A stretch of DNA of 45,573 nt from Parasitella parasitica NRRL 2501 (taxonomy: Eukaryota > Fungi > Mucoromycota): assembly GCA_025201805.1 (NCBI GenBank), contig MU619414.1, positions 1 to 45,573 on the forward strand, written 5' to 3'. Below the pieces are notes generated by a model that worked only from the letters and a program-made list of their open reading frames with translations, did no database searches and was not told the origin of the DNA. Shown in pieces: positions 37,046 to 45,573 of this stretch. The position numbers and the translations under genes are program-made. Position 1 is the stretch's first letter, and every line of letters begins with the position of its first letter.

Positions 37046-38069
37046 TTAACCAGATCCACCAGAGAACTTCTTTCCAAACATAATCAACTGAAGTTGATCG
37101 TATCCAGAAAGGACACCAGCACCTGCAATAGCACGAAGAATATTTGCGCCTGCACCCTTGAAAAGGGACTTTGTGCCTTCTTTGGCAACAATTTCACGGA
37201 AGGCATGAAGGGAGGAGTCATATTTGACAGCAGCACCGGAGGTCATCATCATGCGACGACGGACAGTATCAATTGGGTAAGATGCTACAGATTAAGACGT
37301 AAATAAAATAAAAAAGTTTGATTGCTCAAGCTTTACTCACCGAGACCAGCACCAGTAGTAACAGCCCAGCCGAGCAAGAAAGTGGCCAAGAAAGAGGATT
37401 GAAGATTCTCAGGCATAATAGGTTTGATTGAATCGTACATGCCAAAGTAGAGACCGCGATAAACAATAATACCAACACAAGAAATGTTGAATCCACGATA
37501 CAGACCTGCAATACCATCGCTTTGCAATGTCTTTTTGTACACATCTACCAAGCCATTAAATTGACGCTCACCTCCCTTTTTGGCTGACTTGTTGTCGTTA
37601 GCAAGACGAGTACGAGCGTAATCCAAAGAGTAAACGAACAAGAGCGACGAGGCACCAGCGAGACCACCAGAGGCTAAATTACCAGCAAACCAAGCCCAAT
37701 AACCATCCTTTTTGTTTCTATTGAACATGCGCTTGAACTTGTCCTTGAAGGCAAAATTCAAAGCTTGTGTGGGGAAATAACGGATTACATTGGCAGTGTT
37801 ACCTCTCCATAAGGAAATAAGACCTTCATCTTTGACTGTACGAGTGAAGCAATCGCCAATACCCTTGTAAGGAGCAGATAAACGGCCTTGCTTGATCATT
37901 TCATCTTGGTTTTGAATCAAAAGTTTAATACGTTCAATTGGAGCGGCAGCAGTTTTGGATACAGCGGCAGAGACGCCTCCCATCAAGAAATCCTGCTTTG
38001 TTTTAGAAATCGAGATTTCACGTTAACACGTTGACTTACAATAATGAACTTGTTTTGATCAGTGGCCAT
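37046..38069 (-). CDS. AAC: Mitochondrial ADP/ATP carrier, 3 exons
   Basis: [48 protein letters not shown] and the RRRMMM signature. Confidence 0.98.
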
Positions 38070-38572
38070 TTTGCCTCGTGTTAATTAATTGACGAAAAAG
38101 AAGGAGAGAAGAAAGGAAAAGAAAAACAAAAAGCCTCGATCTATTTTAAACGTTTCACCTTCCAACAGCAGAGTATATTATGAATTTATCTGGGAGACAA
38201 AAAACTGGTTTACTCCAGATAAGTGTGCATAGAGATGTATAAATAAAAGCTTGCGTCAACATATGCTTATTTTGAACTCGATACAGGAGAACAATGAGCA
38301 ACAATTGCCACAGAAGACTTTCTGTGCATGCATAAACCATTATATATAACATCTTGTATGAGTCGATACATAGAACATCACTCTTTGACTCGTAAAAAAT
38401 ATGTTATACAGACGGATAAAGCCTTTATTATTTACTGTACAAAATAGCTATGGATACACGATGATCCCCTGTTCCTGAGTACCTTCATCTTGGTTATGAA
38501 TGAATGCCCGATTCTTCCAGGGTTTTTCTCTATTCTATTAAGGTAATGGGTGAATGGGGTGGCTCTTGGAAC

Positions 38573-39262
38573 TCAGTAAATTTTGTCCAGGTCAATATCA
38601 TACGAGATGTTGCAACCACAACTGTGTTTTGCATTTGGATTATCAATAACTTGAAATGTCGATCCAATTAATTCCTGTACATAATCAACCATAGATCCTC
38701 TCAAAAATTGAAGTGATACACTGTCAATTACAACTCTAACACCATCTTTTTCAAATACACTATCAAGAAATTGTTAGAAATCGGACTTGGTGACCCCACA
38801 AAAAGAAAAAGAAACTTACGTATCATCTTCATCCAACGTATTTGTTAAATCCATTTTATTTTGGTACCCATGGCATCCTCCAGAATCAACTAGAACCCTA
38901 AGCATTTGTTCGTTATCATTCTCTCTTTTCTGAATTAGTTGTAATTGCTATTTCAAGAAATACTTGATTATTAATATAATGGTTGACATATATACCTATG
39001 TATTTACCTTGACAGCCCGCTCTGTTATATCTATTCCGTCTTTTGTAGAAGCTGCTTTGAAAACAACAGATTCTGGTACTGTTACGAAATGTCTGATAGT
39101 TGGCTGAATGTATCTCAAAGTATATTTACTTGTGTTGATTTTTGATGTGGTATGAGTGGTTTGGGCTGCGCACATATGTAATGTTCTTCTTTTTAATGTA
39201 GATTGCGTTGCTGATTTATATAGTTGCATTGAAAATACTTTACTGGCTGCGCCTTTGAACAT
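38573..39262 (-). CDS. ISA2: Mitochondrial A-type Fe-S assembly protein Isa2
   Basis: Basic presequence, LRVLVDSGGCHGYQ, GSMVDYVQELIGSTF and NPNAKHSCGCNISY. Confidence 0.93.
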
Positions 39263-40443
39263 TTTGTGTATGATATGGCTAAATAGTATTTAAAGAGAAG
39301 GGGGTTATGAAGAAAGAAAAGAAACCATTAAGACTTACTCGATATGTACAGGCAATTTGTAAGCCCAACAGCTTCCGGTCCGGCTATAAAGTATTACCCT
39401 AGAATGAACACTGCGAGTGTCACCTTGAGCCCCTCTTATCAATAAATGACCCAATGCCTTCATTTTAAAATGATATTGAAAGACTAAGCATTGATCTCAA
39501 ATTTACTTATCAATTATTTACTCTATATTTCTATATAAAATATTGTAATTTGACGGTGAGCAGACTGTCTTCATTTCTCTTGTTTTCTTACTGATCTTAA
39601 CCACGAAGAGGCCAGAATCCTTGATGGTACGATTCAAGGTTGCAAATAGTAATAATAAAATTTCAGTAAGCATTTTCTATAAGCATATCATTCTGTGGGT
39701 TGGGGTACGAACAGAGTTTAATTTTATTGTGGTGATCTTTGAATTTGATAACCAACAAATTCACATTACAACCATTTATTGTGTTCTTAAAATCTGTTTT
39801 CTGATAAGAATAGTTATTTAGTAGAATATTTAGAAAGATGTGCTATTTTAATAGCAAAAGCTGGGTAACATTACTATCCGTGCCATTAATTAATATATGC
39901 ATAGATATCACTGAACAATTGACAACCATATAAACTAGTTTATAGTAATAACTTTATATATTGTTGTGTGGTGGCGCATACCAGGTCGTCTCTTTGCCTC
40001 CCCCACATAATATAGTCAAACGATCAGAACACCCCCCCATATAAATAGTATATATTTTATCATCGTTAAACAAATAAAACAACAGCCTTTATTCCCATAA
40101 CCATTAGTTTTGGTAGCTTTGGTTATATCTCTGTTGTGTGTTGTGTATTCGTATTGAGTAATCGCTTAGTTTTAAATCCTATATCAGGTAAATATCGGTC
40201 CACGCAACAATATAATGAATGGCGATTTTTAATTGTCATATACAACGCTTTTACAGCTTAGAAAATCGCCTTTTATTGATAAGTAGCGTAACGTTTTTGA
40301 AAGACCTAAGTAAGTCTTATGATATAAAAAAGCAGTGGGATTTGAATCGAGGTGTGATGATGCATATGTATCACACTGTAAATAGATTTGTCTAATGTGG
40401 CAATGATATAATATTCCGCTTGATCTGAGGTTTGACATGTTGA

Positions 40444-42094
40444 TACAGTAAGAACGGTAAATTTTGTCACTTTGAGAAAATTGAATGTCTGTAACCAAAA
40501 AATAAATGTCACTTTCCAAAAAAATTAATGGCACTAAGCCAAAAATGATTGTTCCTTTATGTCAAATCAAATTGACCTAAAAATGATATGTGTTTTTGAC
40601 TTCAAAACGTTTAGAATGGAGTTTTATTATAACATTGAATGATTTGTCGTTTAGAATGACTGGCAAAGTTGTATAGAATTTCAGCAGGTATGGCATTACA
40701 TGCCTCAGCAATTCTATCAGACATTTTTTCTTCATTCAATAGTTTGTGGCGTTTCAATTTTCCTTTTAAGATTGCCCAAAACTGTTCAATTGGGTTTAAT
40801 TCAGGCGAATATGGAGGCAGATATATCAGCTTATACCCACGACTTTCGATTTTTCTCATCATCGGTTTTGATTTGTGTATAGTACAGTTATCCATCACGA
40901 AATAATTCCCTTTTAGATCTTCATTAAGATCCATGATATCAAGCAGAACATTCATGAATTTGATAAAGTGCGCAGTTGTCGTACCTTTTGATATCGATTC
41001 TGAACTATCTTGCGCACTGCTCTCGTTATTATCATCAACATACTCTGTAGCTGGTTCTTCTATAATAAACCCATCTACAGTATGTTTTTTGCCCTTTGCT
41101 ACTTTTCTTTTCTTGCTTGTAGATGCCTTGTTACTTTGAAGCTTCTCTTTTTTTGGTGGTGGCTTCTTTATCGCTACATGAATGACGCTAGATGCATGTA
41201 TAGCTCCAATGATCGTATGAGATGGGGTCTTTGTTTTAGTTGTCTTCACTATGGCAGGTGTTCCAGTATCTGCTCTGGCCCAATTATTTCTCAAATTTAT
41301 ATGAAATCCAGCTTCGTCGATAAAGACACAGTTTTTTGTAAAGTCTACATCAGAGTCTTTCCATTTCATAAACCATTCATATCTCGTCTCTAAGTTATCA
41401 GTAGAGTTTCTAGCTCCGGGTTCAAATGTAGGTTTTTTAATCGTCACAAGCATATTGTTCCTCAAGTGATGATTAAGCTGCGTTTTGGAAATAGAAAAGC
41501 CCATAAATTCTTTAGATAGCTCACCGATAATATCTTCAGAATAAAGCTGAGGATCTTTATCAAGTAGTTCTCGAATATATGTCTCGTGTTCAGTTGTGAA
41601 AGAGCTTGGACGGCCAACATTATTTTTTGAAAGTTTGTATGGCACTTCATTTGTTTCCTGATAACGTTTCCACCATCTCCGGGCAGTGCGAGGCTCAACA
41701 CCAAGCTCTTTTGCAAATCGAACTATCCTTCCTCTTTCTTCAGCGCTTTCTAACATTCGATCTATAAACACCTCTCTTGTATTATCGCTATAATCATTAT
41801 ACATATTCTGCTTCAATTTTGGTTTCGTGACGGCTTTTGGCTCTACATCATCGCTTTTCTTAACATTTCTTTCCTCAATAGATTTGCGAGCTTCTAAATA
41901 TGAGCTCTGTGTGGCTATAGTTTCCAGGACAACGTTAGGGTCTGTGATTTGCGTTAGAACATCCTCCATAGGGTCAAAAACTTTTATCCCTAGATCGTTG
42001 TAAACATTCTCCTGCCCATCTTCATAAAAAAAAGTATTTGCCATAGTTTCGAAATAAAAGTTGTTTAGAATTTAAGTATTATTTAGGTCAATTT
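40444..42094 (-). mobile_element. IS630/Tc1-mariner DNA transposon
   Basis: TA-CAGT start at ~40444; 13-bp inverted pair AAATTGACCTAAA (40569-40581) / TTTAGGTCAATTT (42082-42094) flanks the transposase. A matching outer right end was not found. Confidence 0.75.
40611..42044 (-). CDS. IS630/Tc1-mariner DDE transposase, intact intronless ORF
   Basis: HTH (AKELGVEPRTARRWWKRY), GRP linker, FIDEAGF, VMDNCTIHK and LPPYSPELNPIEQFW. Confidence 0.95.
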   Translation of the reverse strand: MANTFFYEDGQENVYNDLGIKVFDPMEDVLTQITDPNVVLETIATQSSYLEARKSIEERNVKKSDDVEPKAVTKPKLKQNMYNDYSDNTREVFIDRMLESAEERGRIVRFAKELGVEPRTARRWWKRYQETNEVPYKLSKNNVGRPSSFTTEHETYIRELLDKDPQLYSEDIIGELSKEFMGFSISKTQLNHHLRNNMLVTIKKPTFEPGARNSTDNLETRYEWFMKWKDSDVDFTKNCVFIDEAGFHINLRNNWARADTGTPAIVKTTKTKTPSHTIIGAIHASSVIHVAIKKPPPKKEKLQSNKASTSKKRKVAKGKKHTVDGFIIEEPATEYVDDNNESSAQDSSESISKGTTTAHFIKFMNVLLDIMDLNEDLKGNYFVMDNCTIHKSKPMMRKIESRGYKLIYLPPYSPELNPIEQFWAILKGKLKRHKLLNEEKMSDRIAEACNAIPAEILYNFASHSKRQIIQCYNKTPF

Positions 42095-42498
42095 TTAACT
42101 TATTAGAGACGGTATTGGCTAATAGAAACTTTTAAATTACTTAAAGAGCAGTCATACTGTGATAAGGTGACAGTGATCAGATGAGAGGATAAAACCTGGT
42201 CCAGGAACCTAGATTGTGGAAGTGATACAAGTGCACTAGTGTCAAAATAATATAAAATTCTATCCTTGCTTAATTTCTCGACTATAATTAAAACTCTCAA
42301 AACGCAAAGGAGTTATAACTAATCACTCAAATAAGAACGGGGAAGAGAGGATGTTTTAAGTCAATGGGTAAATTACGATCCCGATACAACAGGTCATACA
42401 AAGTCTCGAAAAGTAATTTACCTTGGATCTCACCCTGATCTGAGACCCAGCTTAATCACGAGAAACCTTCTTTATTTGACTAATAGAAAAGAAAATGT

Positions 42499-43440
42499 AC
42501 AGTGCGGTTATCTAAAAATAAATGGCGCTACTGGAAAATGATTGGTCATTTGTTAGCAAATGATTGTCGTTTTCAAAATTTTAATTTGTCTCTTAAAAAT
42601 ATAATTTGTCGGTTTCATTGTATGATTGCCATGTGCGTATAATTGAAATGTTTATTAAAGTAAGCAGCTTTATTAGAAGTTTGTCTTGTTATAGCAGTTG
42701 ATGATTTGGCGCTTGGAGTTTCCACAGAATTCCTGGAGATCGCTGAAGCGTACATTGTTACATGCTTCAGCAATTCTTTGTGATAGATTCTCTTCAATCA
42801 TCAACCTGTGGCGCTTCATTTTTCCTTTGAAAAGAGCGCAAAACTGCTCAATTGGGTTTAGCTCTGGCGAGTAAGGAAATAAGTACATTACTCTATAACC
42901 TCTACTCTCAATTTCTCTTATCATTGGATGAGACTTATGAATAGTACAGTTATTATTCATTACAAGATAACAACCCATATGACTCTCATCCATGTCCATG
43001 ATATCCAGAAGCTCATTCATAAATTTCACAAAATGGGCAGTAGTTGTACCCTTTGCTCCTAGCTTGTTGTTTTCGACAGCGATCCTCTCCTCAACATCAA
43101 CGTACTCTATGGTAGGCTCTTTGCTCTTTGCCTCCTGCCAGCTTTCTTTTTTTTTTTAGGTTTAGCCGTCTTCGATGTTTGAGTTTTTGGGCCTCTTTGC
43201 TTTTTAGGTGGTGGTTTTTTCATAAAAACATGGATAACACTACTACAGTGTATAGCACCGATAATGGGGTGGGAGGGAGAACGAGTCTTTTCAATCTCTA
43301 CTTGGTAGGTGTTCCTACAGCCGACCTAGCCCAATTGTTTCTCATGTTGATATTAAATCCAGCCTCATCAATAAAGACGCAGTTCTTAGTATAATCCAGA
43401 TCTGAGTCTTTCCACTTCATGAACCACTCGTAATAATCTT
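42499..43440 (-). mobile_element. Second, 5'-truncated and frameshifted IS630/Tc1 transposon copy
   Basis: YEWFMKWKDSDLDYTKNCVFIDEAGF, KGTTTAHFVKFMN, VMNN (catalytic D lost), PYSPELNPIEQF; TA-CAGT end at ~42499. Confidence 0.88.
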
Positions 43441-43858
43441 TTATATATAAATGTCATAAGTAACGTCTCTTCTAATAATAACCTGTTCAGTTCCTATACA
43501 AGTTAGCTACTCTCATACAGGTAATAACTACAAACGGATGATCGTTCTTATGTTCCATCTTTTATTTGTTTATATCAATTACTTACAATTAGCGTTCTGC
43601 TTATTGTTATATAACTAATTGAATAGTATTAACTTGTGCAACAACTTTTATAGAATTGATTTTAATACTGGACAATTCATTATACGAAGCTTTCTTGTTT
43701 CTTTTATTATAGTGAACATTTATTACTTTTATAAATGTGAACTATCCTCAAATACAACAAATTCCATTAAAACCAACAGTACAGAAGAATCAGGTAAGTA
43801 AAAGTCAGAAAACAATAAGCCTTTTTTATTATAAGTCATAGAAGATCGGAAAAAAAAA

Positions 43859-45420
43859 CTATTGCTCAAAACGCAAGGCACAAGTTCTACCTTTGTTCTT
43901 GCTGCTATCAATGAGATTGTAGAAACATGGATGTGTAGGACGAGAGTTGCTAATCATTACATCAATTTCCGAAGCAGGTACGGATTTGCACAATCGCCAA
44001 AATGATTCGGATACTTGAGCCAAAGATCGAAGATTTTTCAAGGATATAAATGATGAGAGTTCTTCCAATGAACGCGGGAATAATACTTTTGCGATTTCAT
44101 ACATAATGTAGATGCCATCGTGACGTAATCGCATCAAATAGAAGACAATGGTAAATCCGTGAATCTGAAAAGCTAAACATGCATTCCAATGGTGGGTATC
44201 GATGGCTTCTTTGCAAAAGATTCCTAAGCGCAGGAGATCATGGCATAGATCATTGTTGTTTGTAGTGGGCTGTGCCACTTTTGCTTCACCAAAGCCCAGG
44301 CTTGGCCCATACGAGAGTTGGGTGAGTTTTGTCAGGGTTGCATCTGGTCTTTTATCACCACTGGCATCCGATTCGATATTGGTCCATCGTAATAAAACAC
44401 GCTTTTCAGGACTGGATGAAATGCATGACAAGATTGGATGAAAATAGGTGGTTGTTAATTCATATTCGCTAATTGAGTGTTTGTTCTTTATAGCCTGTAA
44501 TGGTAACTCGCCCATCGCTTTGGCAATACCACGGATCACGCAAGCAGTGTGTTTATCTACATGTCTACAAAGCTGTAATAATTGTACATTGGCTTCATCA
44601 TTATCCAGTTGATGCATTTGTACCGAATCGATAATCCGAAATACTTTTCCGCAGATAACGTCGCCAGTATCGAGTTTCAGTTTCAATGATTCATGTACAA
44701 GATTTTCGGTCAGAGCATCCAAGATTTCTTCAGTGAAAACCATGAGTTGACTATGTTGTTGAGGAGCTAAGAGCAATACATGAGATAAAGCGAGTGCTTC
44801 ATGGATCGATGTTTCCATATGAAGCAAAGCAGATGCTGTGATGTCAACTACCTTTTGTTGAAATATCATGAATAATGTCGAGATGTTTGTGCCTTTGAAC
44901 ATCCATCCAGCTGAAGCATTTGCATGAGAAAGCAGTGTCGATGATGTCTGATGTCCAGGCAGATCTAGGAGATCAGCGTCATTATGTCTTGTCATATCCG
45001 CAGAAGCCGAGTCATCGGTGGAATTCTCATTATCAGTGGCAACGAAGCAGTTAGAATTTAAAACAGAATCTGCCAGTACAGGCGTATTCGCAGACTCTTG
45101 CCAGTCATTAGTCTCTTGATTATCAGAATTCGAGGTAATAGAAGTGGTGTTATCATCGATTGATGGTGACGTCGAGCGATGAGTTGTATCATGGCTGGAA
45201 ACGCGAACGGATGTCGAGCAATTGACATCAGGCAAGACTTGAATTTCTTGTTGAATAACTTTTTGCACGTATTCGGCACTGCTGAGATGTGCGTCAAGAT
45301 CCGTCACCAATCGTGTTTTCTGTAACCAAAACTGTTTGCTTGCGAAGGAACTTTTCCATAAATTGAATTCCTTTGTCAGCCTATCGCAATCATCCGGTAT
45401 ATACTGTACTTGGATACTAG
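43859..45420 (-). CDS. Repeat-family protein with C-terminal PD-(D/E)XK nuclease-like domain
   Basis: KRPDATL...LGFGEAK...DLLRLGIFCK...LAFQIHG. The frame stays open upstream of the ORF call (FNLWKSSFASKQFW) to an in-frame stop near 45435, so the 5' end is uncertain. Confidence 0.7.
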
Positions 45421-45573
45421 CCGTTTGATCTCGCTACGCTCGATGACGGCGTCGCCCTGCGGGAAGATATAATTTACACAACAATAAAAATTTAGTTAAA
45501 TCAAGCAGTCAGGCATTGATAATTATGGAGAAGTTTACATAATAGTCAGAGGGAGGTATCCCCAATGAACCCC

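Noticed and set aside
24921-39262. Three mitochondrial genes (CMC2, AAC, ISA2) in one window as a functional cluster
   Set aside because: They act in different pathways and are interspersed with unrelated genes; compatible with chance.

Overview
AT-rich eukaryotic window with short GT-AG introns, consistent with a Mucorales fungus (Mucor/Parasitella-like; inferred from gene content). About 1-15 kb is a transposon graveyard with three assembly gaps: a decayed PD-(D/E)XK-type gene, LTR-like pieces, a ~330-bp direct duplication, a frameshifted DIRS-type retrotransposon and MULE remnants. About 15.6-39.3 kb holds host genes: a Zn2Cys6 factor, ATG1, an Rrm4-like RRM+MLLE protein, a GT71 mannosyltransferase, CMC2, an LtrA-family membrane protein, the ADP/ATP carrier and ISA2. 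The last 5 kb has two IS630/Tc1-mariner transposases and a PD-(D/E)XK-like ORF. The most unusual part is an island at ~26.0-29.2 kb. It contains a ~850-nt non-coding tract that folds by eye into a nested multi-helix structure, followed by a small ORF and an intron-containing decayed gene whose C-terminal half resembles a serine-recombinase (resolvase) catalytic domain, then an inverted second copy of the small ORF. This is a candidate undescribed ncRNA-plus-recombinase mobile element. All calls come from reading the sequence; no searches or folding programs were run.
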